In this document: positions 28,313 to 36,578 of the stretch, piece by piece | How the letters are laid out: each line of letters starts with the position of its first letter | Numbering within the stretch: the first letter of the stretch is position 1 | Assembly: GCA_017535105.1 (NCBI GenBank) | Contig: JAFXUI010000002.1 | Coordinates: 45,270 to 109,269, forward strand | Length of the DNA stretch: 64,000 nucleotides | Direction of reading: 5' to 3' | DNA from: Alphaproteobacteria bacterium | Lineage (GTDB): Bacteria > Pseudomonadota > Alphaproteobacteria > Rs-D84 | Program-made: the position numbers and the translations under genes | The notes under the pieces: model-generated | Told to the model about the DNA's origin: nothing | Database searches by the model: none | The model's input: the letters and a program-made list of their open reading frames with translations, nothing else

Positions 28313-30001
28313 ATGGTGCGCAAAACAAGAATCTTGCATTACTCTTTATTTATTGGTGCCATTGGTGCGCTGGTGGGTGGTGATTCATATTCTGCGGTTC
28401 GTATCGGAAATGCAACGCGCAACAATTTCTATGAACAACAAATGGTGGAACAGCAACGTATTGCCAGTATGCAACAGCAAGTTGCGTCTGTGAACGATGT
28501 TGCACGTATGTCGGGAATCGATGCGGATGTGACGGCAAGTGATTTAAAACCCGGCGAAGAACACCAATTGGAAATGTGTTCCCAGATTTATCCAAATGGT
28601 GAATTTGCTTTGGCGCGTCCAACCGCGGGTTTGGGTGCCGGTGGTGCGAAAACTTGTGTCGCAGTTGTTGAGTTGCGTGGCTATCAGATGGGACAAAATG
28701 GTACAGATGCGGTTTTGGCGCGTGCAAATGTTGCCGCGGGTTCAACAATAAAATGTAATATTTCAGATTTCCCAGAGTCATCATATACACTGGATGCACA
28801 AAACGTGCTTTTCCCAGCAGATGCGGAACCCACAACCGAAGATGTTAAAAAGGTTATGAACCAAGAACAAAAGCAAAACGCGGGTTTGAAAATCGCGGCT
28901 GCGGCGTTGATTGGTGGTATTGGTGGAAATATCAGCGGTAAAAATGATGCGGGCAAAGACGGTATTTTCGGTACAAGTAAAAGCAAAATAACAAACACTG
29001 TCGTTGGTGCAGTTGGTGGCGCGGCGATTGGTGCGGCTGGTTCGTACAGCGGTTATGAAGCGGGCAATATGATTATGTCGGCGGGTATAAACGCGGCGGC
29101 GGGCGGTATTGTTGGAAATATTATGGCCGCGGGTGATTCCGTATTGCGTATCGAAAAATGCACAGACAGTAATGGCGCAAGTACATCGTGTTTGTGGGGA
29201 TATTTGGTGACGGGTCCGAATTTAGTGCCAGATGCGTCTGCAACCCCGGGTGTTTTGTGTAAAGAAAAGACGAACGAATGCTATAAATACTATATCGATT
29301 TAGATGACGGTGAAACGGTAATGCGCTGTGGTGTCGATGACAGCAAATGTTCAACGGTATCAAACCTGGTGTCAATTCGTGTTGGTGGCAAAGGGTTAGA
29401 GGGCTTGGAACGTAAAGATTTGGACGCATTAAAGAGCCTTGGTAATGTATTTATGGTTATTACAGATAAAGATAAAAACAAGACAATGGAAGTGGGTATG
29501 GACGAAACGATAAGCCATACATATCGTCCAATTGATTCGGCCAAAATGGACGCGGGTCCGAAACAACCAGTGTTGATTGTTGGATTTGAAGACAGTGCGT
29601 TCGGTCGTAAATCAGATTATTGGCGGAACTGGAAAGTGGCGAACGAAAATGTTTCCATATATTTCCGCAATGGTGATGGTAACCCAGGTGAAGATTTACG
29701 CGCAAAAGACCCAAGTATAACGTTGGAAAACTTTTATCCAATGTATGTTGATGCGTCCGATGGCGGTATTGTTGATTTGGGTAATAAAGCGCGCCTTAAA
29801 AGTACCGTTATTGGTGCGGGTGTTGGTGGTGCGGTTGGCGCATTTACCGCGTACCAGGGTGCCCAAAGCGATATTGATGAACGTTGGGTTGCGGCGGTTC
29901 GCGAATACAAGGACTCATTACAAAAGTTCTATTGCGTAACGGGGTCGCGTTTTCTGTCGTACTATAACGACGTGGTGTTTATCCCAGATGCAAATAAATA
30001 A
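28313..30001 (+). CDS. secreted 562-aa protein with several glycine-zipper (GxxxG-rich) segments and a Cys-containing central region
   Basis: Signal-peptide-like N-terminus; segments such as LKIAAAALIGGIGGNISG and TVIGAGVGGAVGAF similar in style to the 1048-2001 protein. Confidence 0.55.
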   Translation: MVRKTRILHYSLFIGAIGALVGGDSYSAVRIGNATRNNFYEQQMVEQQRIASMQQQVASVNDVARMSGIDADVTASDLKPGEEHQLEMCSQIYPNGEFALARPTAGLGAGGAKTCVAVVELRGYQMGQNGTDAVLARANVAAGSTIKCNISDFPESSYTLDAQNVLFPADAEPTTEDVKKVMNQEQKQNAGLKIAAAALIGGIGGNISGKNDAGKDGIFGTSKSKITNTVVGAVGGAAIGAAGSYSGYEAGNMIMSAGINAAAGGIVGNIMAAGDSVLRIEKCTDSNGASTSCLWGYLVTGPNLVPDASATPGVLCKEKTNECYKYYIDLDDGETVMRCGVDDSKCSTVSNLVSIRVGGKGLEGLERKDLDALKSLGNVFMVITDKDKNKTMEVGMDETISHTYRPIDSAKMDAGPKQPVLIVGFEDSAFGRKSDYWRNWKVANENVSIYFRNGDGNPGEDLRAKDPSITLENFYPMYVDASDGGIVDLGNKARLKSTVIGAGVGGAVGAFTAYQGAQSDIDERWVAAVREYKDSLQKFYCVTGSRFLSYYNDVVFIPDANK

Positions 30002-30003
30002 AA

Positions 30004-30027
30004 ACGCACCAAACGGTGCGTTTTTTA
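30004..30027. terminator. bidirectional terminator (acgcaccaaacggtgcgt plus T6)
   Basis: Hairpin with A5 before and T6 after, between convergent genes. Confidence 0.65.
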
Positions 30028-31386
30028 TTGTTTCACAATTTCCAAAACCTTGGCTGTGACATCGGCGATTGGTACGCGCACTTGTTCCATTGTGTCGCGA
30101 TAACGCAGTGTGACGGTGCCGTCTTCAATCGTTTGGTGGTCAACCGTTATACATACCGGTGTACCAATTTCGTCGTGACGGCGATAGTTTTTACCGATAT
30201 TACCACTGTTTTCCAATTCAATACGGCCAATGCCCAATTTGCGCAAATCATTTTCAATGTTGTTGGATATTTCCAACAATTCTGGGACATTACGTGCCAA
30301 TGGAATAACCGCCGCTTTGACCGGTGCCAACCATGGTTTCAATTTTAACACAACGCGCGATTTGCCATCGCCCAGGTCTTCTTCGGTATATGCCTCAATC
30401 ATAACCGCCAACATGGCGCGATTTACACCCATTGCGGTTTCAATGACGTATGGAATAAAACTTTCGCCCGTTTGAGCATCGGAATATGCCAGTTTGGTCG
30501 TGCTGTCTTTATTCTCCAGAACGTTCGCATGAATCTTGAATTCTTCTTGGGATTTTGTGTGTGAGCCCAAGTCAAAGTCTTGACGATTATGGACACCCTC
30601 AACTTCATCAAAGCCATCTGGGAAAGCATATTCAATATCAACAGCTGCTTTCGCATAGTGTGCCAACTTTTCATGTGGCAAAAAGCGTAATTTTTCAGCC
30701 GGAATGCCTAAAACGTCAATCCACCATGCCAAACGTGTTGCCTTCCATTGTTCAAAATACTTTTCATCGTCCGACGGATTTACAAAGTATTGCATTTCTG
30801 CCTGTTCGAATTCGCGCATACGGAAAACAAAGCCACGTGGTGAGATTTCATTACGAAAAGCCTTACCAATCTGGGCAATACCAAATGGTAATTTATGTGG
30901 TTTTGCGTCCAATACGTTCTTGAAATTGACATATGTTGTTGTTGCGGTTTCGGGGCGCAGGTATGCGTTTATTGCGCCGTCCGCCATTGCACCAATGGAC
31001 AAGCCCATCATCAATTGATATGCGCGTGGTTCGGTGATTTCTGTTGAACCACAGTTATCGCACTTTGTTGGGTCTTTCATTTTATCCTGGCGCATGCGGG
31101 TACCGCACTTTTTACATTCAACCAATGGGTCGGAAAATGATGCCTCATGCCCAGAATATTTCCACATTAAACGGTTGGAAATAAGCGCGGCGTCAAGCCC
31201 CTCAATATCATTACGGGAATAAATCATCGCGTTCCACCACGCATTGCGAATATTCTTCATTAATTCGACACCATACGGGCCGTAATCATACGCGCCGCCC
31301 AGTCCACCATAGATCTCAGAACCGGTGAAAATAAAACCACGACGTTTGCATAATGCGACAATATCATTTACACTTTTTGCAGGCAT
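30025..31386 (-). CDS. glyS: glycyl-tRNA synthetase, homodimeric alpha2 (eukaryote/archaeal-like) type
   Basis: 453 aa; class II motifs; zinc-ribbon-like CxxC..CxxC insertion; single-chain GlyRS rather than glyQ/glyS subunits. Confidence 0.85.
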   Translation of the reverse strand: MPAKSVNDIVALCKRRGFIFTGSEIYGGLGGAYDYGPYGVELMKNIRNAWWNAMIYSRNDIEGLDAALISNRLMWKYSGHEASFSDPLVECKKCGTRMRQDKMKDPTKCDNCGSTEITEPRAYQLMMGLSIGAMADGAINAYLRPETATTTYVNFKNVLDAKPHKLPFGIAQIGKAFRNEISPRGFVFRMREFEQAEMQYFVNPSDDEKYFEQWKATRLAWWIDVLGIPAEKLRFLPHEKLAHYAKAAVDIEYAFPDGFDEVEGVHNRQDFDLGSHTKSQEEFKIHANVLENKDSTTKLAYSDAQTGESFIPYVIETAMGVNRAMLAVMIEAYTEEDLGDGKSRVVLKLKPWLAPVKAAVIPLARNVPELLEISNNIENDLRKLGIGRIELENSGNIGKNYRRHDEIGTPVCITVDHQTIEDGTVTLRYRDTMEQVRVPIADVTAKVLEIVKQ

Positions 31387-31462
31387 TTTTTATTACTCCA
31401 AATTTCAATATGGGCATATTTTATAACTAATTAGAGATTTTGCAAGGGTGAAATACAAATAA

Positions 31463-31487
31463 AAACGGGGCAGTCGCCCCGAATTTC
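31463..31487 (-). terminator. terminator for the ferredoxin gene (ggggcgactgcccc plus T5 on the minus strand)
   Basis: Hairpin plus T-run directly 3' of the ferredoxin stop on the minus strand. Confidence 0.55.
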
Positions 31488-31491
31488 AATA

Positions 31492-31668
31492 TTATTCGGC
31501 CTTTATCGCGTTTACGGGGCACATTGCAGCGCAAGTTCCGCACGAAACGCACTTTGACGGATCGATTATACATTTGCCGTCAGCATCTGTTTTAATCGCG
31601 CCCATTGGGCAAACGCCCGCGCATGTATGACAGCCAACACATTGTGATTTATCTATTTTATATGCCAT
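31492..31668 (-). CDS. fdx: 2[4Fe-4S] ferredoxin, 58 aa (absent from the ORF track because it is under 60 aa)
   Basis: Manual translation MAYKIDKSQCVGCHTCAGVCPMGAIKTDADGKCIIDPSKCVSCGTCAAMCPVNAIKAE with two CxxCxxCxxxCP motifs. Confidence 0.75.
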   Translation of the reverse strand: MAYKIDKSQCVGCHTCAGVCPMGAIKTDADGKCIIDPSKCVSCGTCAAMCPVNAIKAE

Positions 31669-31683
31669 TTTATATCCCTTTCT

Positions 31684-32406
31684 TTAATCGCGGTTAAATA
31701 AACTTAAAATATACTGGAACATTGCGATGAACGAAATGTACAAGTGTAATGCACCCAATACAGCCAACTGGTTCTTTTGTTCGCCATTTCCGACATAGAA
31801 ATATGCGTTCTTTAACGTCTGCATATCGTATGCGGTGAAAAGTGCGAATATCAGAACCCCAATCAAACATACAATCGTTCCAAATGTGCCACCAACCAAT
31901 GCCGGCCAAATGAACGATGCCAATCCGACCAAGATTAAACCAATCATTCCCATAAACAAGAATATGCCCAAGAAAGACAAGTCGCGGACGGTTTTATACC
32001 CGAACAGCGCCATGCATCCAAACATAATCATGGTCAAAACAAACGCAAACAGAATTGTGAATGGATTGTTGGTCACCGCCACCAATAACAGTGGTGTCAT
32101 CACCATACCCATCATAATCGCGTACAGTGCCAGTAAAAGCGCCGCCGTTGATGGTTTCAGGTGAAATGCGCGAACCTGGGCCCAAATGGACACCGCCAAA
32201 CCACCAAACAACAAAACATAATAAAAGCCCGAAAGTCCGGTCGGCGTGAACAGTGCCTGCCACAGAGGGGTCGCCATTGTTAAGAAAGATGTAAGCGCGG
32301 TAATACCAATCGCCCCGCACATTAACGCAAATACGCGTTTTAAGTACATTGTCATACCGTCAGATTTGGCGGTACGTGTTGATACAGATTTTGTACGTGT
32401 TACCAT
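31684..32406 (-). CDS. Bax-inhibitor-1/YccA-family 7-TM membrane protein
   Basis: 240 aa, seven hydrophobic helices, family-typical length and pattern. Confidence 0.75.
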   Translation of the reverse strand: MVTRTKSVSTRTAKSDGMTMYLKRVFALMCGAIGITALTSFLTMATPLWQALFTPTGLSGFYYVLLFGGLAVSIWAQVRAFHLKPSTAALLLALYAIMMGMVMTPLLLVAVTNNPFTILFAFVLTMIMFGCMALFGYKTVRDLSFLGIFLFMGMIGLILVGLASFIWPALVGGTFGTIVCLIGVLIFALFTAYDMQTLKNAYFYVGNGEQKNQLAVLGALHLYISFIAMFQYILSLFNRD

Positions 32407-32496
32407 AATTTTCTCCTTGTCATTCGATATTTATATAATATAATGGACTTCCTTTTTCAAGTCAAAATACAACAAAAAACCAAAAGGATCAAGATT

Positions 32497-32907
32497 ATGT
32501 CAGCTGGCAGTAGTTATGGAAAATTGAATGTAGAAACGAATGCTCATACACTTACTATTGGTGCCATAGGTGTAGGTGAACGTGGTCAAAACATTTTGGA
32601 TAATATGGATAAAATATTGTTTATAAACGGTCAAATAGCAGAACGTGAAGCACATAGATCTGCTGAGGATAGTTGGTTGAAAAGTTGCAACAGAAGTTTA
32701 GCGGGGTGCTTGGATTCTATGCGTCAACATTTGCGTATGTTGGGTGCGGATAAAGCGACAATCGAAGAAACGGTTGCATATGCAAAAAACAGCGATGTGA
32801 ACAGTGTTCGCTATGCCGTATTAAAATTGTTGGCAAAACGTAATCCAGAGTTGTATAATAGACAGTGTGCACAATATAAAAGCATTGTTGAAAAACAACG
32901 TGGATAA
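32497..32907 (+). CDS. hypothetical 136-aa protein
   Basis: ATG at 32497 preceded by an AAAAGGA RBS; the upstream ORF-track extension lacks an RBS. Confidence 0.45.
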   Translation: MSAGSSYGKLNVETNAHTLTIGAIGVGERGQNILDNMDKILFINGQIAEREAHRSAEDSWLKSCNRSLAGCLDSMRQHLRMLGADKATIEETVAYAKNSDVNSVRYAVLKLLAKRNPELYNRQCAQYKSIVEKQRG

Positions 32908-32910
32908 TAT

Positions 32911-33705
32911 ATGGCGATAACAATTGATCCAATTTCACCGGTCGCGTTCAGTCTTGCTGGGTTGTCGGTACGGTGGTATGCGCTGGCCTATATTGCGGGC
33001 TTTGTATTGGGTTATTTGTTATATCGCAGAATGTTGAAATCACCAAAATCGCTGGTTGCTATGAATCAAAAGCAACTGGACGATTTGTTGACCGCTGTTA
33101 TTATGGGCGTGATTATTGGTGGACGATTGGGTTATGTGTTGGTATATAACCCATTATTTTTTATTCTGAACCCGCTGGAAATATTGGCGGTGTGGCATGG
33201 CGGTATGAGTTTTCACGGGGGACTTATCGGTGTGATGATTGCCGTATGGCTGTTCGCCCGTAAAAACAAGATTCGCACGTTTTCGATTCTTGATATGTTG
33301 ACGGTGGTTACACCAATCGGACTTTTCTTTGGTCGTATTGCGAATTTTGTAAATATGGAACTTATGGGCGCTGAAACAAGCGTGCCGTGGGCGGTAAAGT
33401 TTGGTGAAAATGCACCAGCCTTACACCCAAGTCCGATATATGAGGCATTGGGCGAGGGCGCATTTTTGTTCGCGTTAATGTCAATATTATATCGCTTTAC
33501 AAATTTGCGTAAATATCCGGGCGCGCTGTCTGGAATTATGGGCATGGCATATGCGGTTGTGCGTATTGTTTGCGAACAATTCCGTATGCCCGATGTGCAA
33601 ATTGGTTTTTTGACTTCGTGGGGGCTGACCATGGGAATGTTGCTGTCGGGAATTATGTTTGTCGCTGGCGCAATTGTTTTCACGTTGGCAATTCGTAAAA
33701 AATAA
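32911..33705 (+). CDS. lgt: prolipoprotein diacylglyceryl transferase
   Basis: Lgt signature region (GGRLGYVL, FGRIANFVNMEL), seven TM helices, 264 aa. Confidence 0.85.
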   Translation: MAITIDPISPVAFSLAGLSVRWYALAYIAGFVLGYLLYRRMLKSPKSLVAMNQKQLDDLLTAVIMGVIIGGRLGYVLVYNPLFFILNPLEILAVWHGGMSFHGGLIGVMIAVWLFARKNKIRTFSILDMLTVVTPIGLFFGRIANFVNMELMGAETSVPWAVKFGENAPALHPSPIYEALGEGAFLFALMSILYRFTNLRKYPGALSGIMGMAYAVVRIVCEQFRMPDVQIGFLTSWGLTMGMLLSGIMFVAGAIVFTLAIRKK

Positions 33706-33717
33706 AAGGGGGCAAAT

Positions 33718-34029
33718 ATGGCAATGATTTACTGTCGTGAATGTGGACGTCGTTATTCGGATCGGGCGGCCGCATGTCCAAAGTGTGGCTATCGTGAATA
33801 CGATTGGTCAAAATCTATGGTGGTGTATTTGCTGTTATGCTGGTTCTTGGGCATTTTTGGCGCGCATCGTTTTTATGCCGGCAAAATAGGCACGGGAATC
33901 TGTATGTTGCTTTTAACTTGCTCTATTTATGGTATCTTTATAACGGGAATATGGGCATTGATTGATTTTATTATCGGTGTATGTAATATTTCAACCCCGC
34001 AAAATATATTTGCGTTTAAGAAAAAATAA
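33718..34029 (+). CDS. TM2-domain membrane protein with N-terminal zinc-ribbon (CxxC...CxxC)
   Basis: YCRECGRRY...CPKCGY ribbon followed by a two-helix TM2-like segment. Confidence 0.6.
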   Translation: MAMIYCRECGRRYSDRAAACPKCGYREYDWSKSMVVYLLLCWFLGIFGAHRFYAGKIGTGICMLLLTCSIYGIFITGIWALIDFIIGVCNISTPQNIFAFKKK

Positions 34030-34096
34030 AGTTAGAATAGGCGCAGCGCAAAGGAGAAAACCATGGGTGACCCTGGCTGAGAATATAAAAAGTTTA

Positions 34097-34132
34097 GGAT
34101 GGGTGGCAGAGCGGTCGAATGCGACGGTCTTG
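34097..34132 (+). pseudogene. truncated copy of tRNA-Ser(UGA): positions 1-36 only (acceptor, D-arm, 5' anticodon stem and loop), preceded by a copy of its promoter
   Basis: 34082-34132 is a 51-nt direct repeat of 34240-34291 (one A fewer in the A-run), then diverges into unrelated GC-rich sequence. Confidence 0.7.
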
Positions 34133-34255
34133 CATACGAGTTAGCAAGGCAAGCAAAGCGCTGCCGAGCGCGAACGAGTGGTGAGCAGCACCGTCAGGTG
34201 CGAAAGGCGAACAAAACCGCAGGTTGAAAGACCGGCGGAAATATAAAAAAGTTTA

Positions 34256-34345
34256 GGATGGGTGGCAGAGCGGTCGAATGCGACGGTCTTGAAAACCGTT
34301 GAAGTCGCAAGGCTTCCGGGGGTTCGAATCCCTCCCCATCCGCCA
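34256..34345 (+). tRNA. tRNA-Ser (anticodon UGA), long variable arm, encoded CCA
   Basis: GGATGGGTGGCAGAGCGG...anticodon loop CTTGAAA...variable arm TGAAGTCGCAAGGCTTC...TTCGAATCC...CCCATCC G CCA. Confidence 0.85.
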
Positions 34346-34354
34346 TAAAAATTA

Positions 34355-34384
34355 AAAGCCCAAATTTTTTGGGCTTTTATTTTA
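34355..34384. terminator. bidirectional terminator (aaaagcccaaattttttgggctttt)
   Basis: Hairpin with symmetric A/T runs after the tRNA-Ser and after the minus-strand PNP-family gene. Confidence 0.6.
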
Positions 34385-35176
34385 TATATTCAACAAAATA
34401 TTCTTTATGTATGTTCTTGCAGCATGGTACTTATCTCGCGTTTCTTTGTCGATATCTATTAAATGTTGACCGACCGAAGAATTATCGGCCACAATTAAAA
34501 CCGCAGAGGCCGGTTTGCCGATTAAATTCATCGCATTGAAAAAAGTTGCGGTCTCCATTTCTATGACATTTGCACCCATATTTTTAAATTCGTCCAGATG
34601 TTGATATTCGCACATAACACTGTCCACAGAAATTGGAACTGCCTTTACGGTATTTATGTTTTGTGTCCTGCAAACATTTTTGATATAGCGGTTTAATTCC
34701 GGATTAGAATATGCAGGTTTGAACATGTTATCTGTATCTAACGCATCGTGTAAATATAATGACGCCCCATCACCAGATATCGAATATTCTGGGATAATAA
34801 TGTCACCTAAATTTATTTCTGGGACCAATGACCCAACGGATCCGATAAATATGAATTTATCGCAATCCAGATCACAGCAAGACACACAAAAATCTACCAT
34901 ATTTGGTGCACCAATTTTTAATTGCACATACAGGTATTTTTTGTCGTTATGTGTAATTTTATGTGCGGTTATATCCTGGTTAGAAAATAATAGTTCTGTA
35001 TTAATTGATGATAAATCAAAAACCTTTTCTATATTCCAAGATGGCGCAACAAAAACACAGTCAAAATGTTCGGGAGATGGGATGCCATACACTAATTTCA
35101 AAATATCATCTGTATTTGAATATTGTTTAAATTTTTTTACTATATTTATCATACTTTCACCATTAGTTTTTATCAT
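34382..35176 (-). CDS. PNP/UDP/MTAN-family nucleoside phosphorylase or nucleosidase-like protein, low-GC gene
   Basis: IGSVGSL and EMETATFF motifs of the phosphorylase superfamily; about 31% GC, against roughly 43% in flanking housekeeping genes. Confidence 0.65.
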   Translation of the reverse strand: MIKTNGESMINIVKKFKQYSNTDDILKLVYGIPSPEHFDCVFVAPSWNIEKVFDLSSINTELLFSNQDITAHKITHNDKKYLYVQLKIGAPNMVDFCVSCCDLDCDKFIFIGSVGSLVPEINLGDIIIPEYSISGDGASLYLHDALDTDNMFKPAYSNPELNRYIKNVCRTQNINTVKAVPISVDSVMCEYQHLDEFKNMGANVIEMETATFFNAMNLIGKPASAVLIVADNSSVGQHLIDIDKETRDKYHAARTYIKNILLNI

Positions 35177-35397
35177 ATTAGTTTAAAGTTTAAATTTTTG
35201 CAATCTTTCATATTTAGGTATAGGAAAGTTAGCAACAGAATACCAGCCCGCCACGAATAAGAAATGTCCCGGTGGGGCATTTTTTATTTTGAAAAATAAG
35301 AAATCTTTCAGATTGATTTTGTGTGTTTGTTCAATTATAATGCGAATACGGTTTTTGCGAATCGGCAGTTTATGCGATAGCGAAAGGAAATGTTCAG

Positions 35398-35637
35398 ATG
35401 ATTACAAATCTTGAAACGTGGGCGGCATTTGATAAAATGGCGACTTTGAATCATGTGAGTGTATCGGGTTTGGCATTGCGAAGTGGCTTGAATTCAACAA
35501 CATTTAATAAAAGCAAACGGGTGTTTTCAACGGGTAAAGAACGCTGGCCATCAATGAGCACTTTGGTCAAAGTGCTGAATTCATTAAATATGTCATTTGC
35601 CGATTTTGCAAAACTTTTTCCAGAGGGTGATAAATAA
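35398..35637 (+). CDS. small HTH (XRE/CI-repressor-type) DNA-binding protein, 79 aa
   Basis: VSVSGLALRSGLNSTTFNKSKR...WPSMSTLVKVL resembles the HTH domain of alphaproteobacterial CI/LexA-like repressors; paralog at 63643-63894. Confidence 0.55.
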   Translation: MITNLETWAAFDKMATLNHVSVSGLALRSGLNSTTFNKSKRVFSTGKERWPSMSTLVKVLNSLNMSFADFAKLFPEGDK

Positions 35638-35640
35638 AAA

Positions 35641-35663
35641 ATCGCCCGTTGGGGCGATTTTTA
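35641..35663. terminator. bidirectional terminator (atcgcccgttggggcgat plus T5)
   Basis: Hairpin between convergent genes. Confidence 0.6.
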
Positions 35664-36476
35664 TATTGTGTGTTGGTTGTTTTTCTTACGTATTTGTTCC
35701 AAATCTTCAACAGCCTGTTCATATTGTTTGGCGGAAATACCAGAACGTGTGCGGCTGTCCAGTGTGATCATCGCGCTTTCTTCGGCATCGTCCATGCGTT
35801 CTTGGCATGCTTGCTCAAATGCGCGACGTTGCTTTTCTTGGGTAAGTATTTTGTCCGCACAATATGGTTCTTTTTTCGCACGAACGCCGTTCGGGTGGCG
35901 CGCATCAATAATGGGTTTCATTGCGTTACGATATGCCGCGATATTTACGTCTTTGGAGTTTTGACTTGCAACAATGTGTATCATATCGCGCAATGTCGCC
36001 AACATTTTATATTTGTTATCTGATGCGCCACTTACAAATCGAACAACCATATTTCCTTTGGACGAATCAACAACGTCATACCAACTGCCGTTTTCTAGTT
36101 TGTTATAGAACAAAAAGTTTCTCATTTTTTGGCGAATTTCTGCAACGACTGGGTATCCCGGTGTATTAAGCGGGACTTCGTTGCCGTCTTGGCAAAAATG
36201 ATAGATGTTTTCGCGACCATTGTGTAAAAACGGGGAAACGGTGCCAAAGCGTTTCGGGTTATACGACATTTCGTGCCATACCGCGCGGCAAATTATAGTG
36301 CCGTCAATATATCCAGTATCAATTGCTTGGCTGATTATTGGTTTGTCCCAGTCTTGGGAACGTACAAATAATTCAAACGCGCCATTTAATTCCGCGCCAG
36401 TCAAATTACCCATATAGGCACGATTTGCATTATATCGTAAAATACTGCGCATTATACTTATATCTCTGTTATTCAT
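35661..36476 (-). CDS. hypothetical 271-aa protein
   Basis: Long ORF with protein-like composition; no recognisable motif. Confidence 0.5.
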   Translation of the reverse strand: MNNRDISIMRSILRYNANRAYMGNLTGAELNGAFELFVRSQDWDKPIISQAIDTGYIDGTIICRAVWHEMSYNPKRFGTVSPFLHNGRENIYHFCQDGNEVPLNTPGYPVVAEIRQKMRNFLFYNKLENGSWYDVVDSSKGNMVVRFVSGASDNKYKMLATLRDMIHIVASQNSKDVNIAAYRNAMKPIIDARHPNGVRAKKEPYCADKILTQEKQRRAFEQACQERMDDAEESAMITLDSRTRSGISAKQYEQAVEDLEQIRKKNNQHTI

Positions 36477-36578
36477 AATAACACCCCCTTGGCTATTTTA
36501 TATATAGCACATTTTTTCGATTTGTCAACCATTTGAAAAGAGGGAAAAAATAAATGGGGCAATCGCCCCATTTTTGTT

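Noticed and set aside
34133-34239. Group I intron or long variable region inside tRNA-Ser
   Set aside because: The 5' exon-like part is duplicated rather than split from a 3' exon. The intact tRNA downstream is complete and contiguous, and the 107-nt insert is far shorter than a group I intron core and shows none of the P/Q/R/S-like elements.
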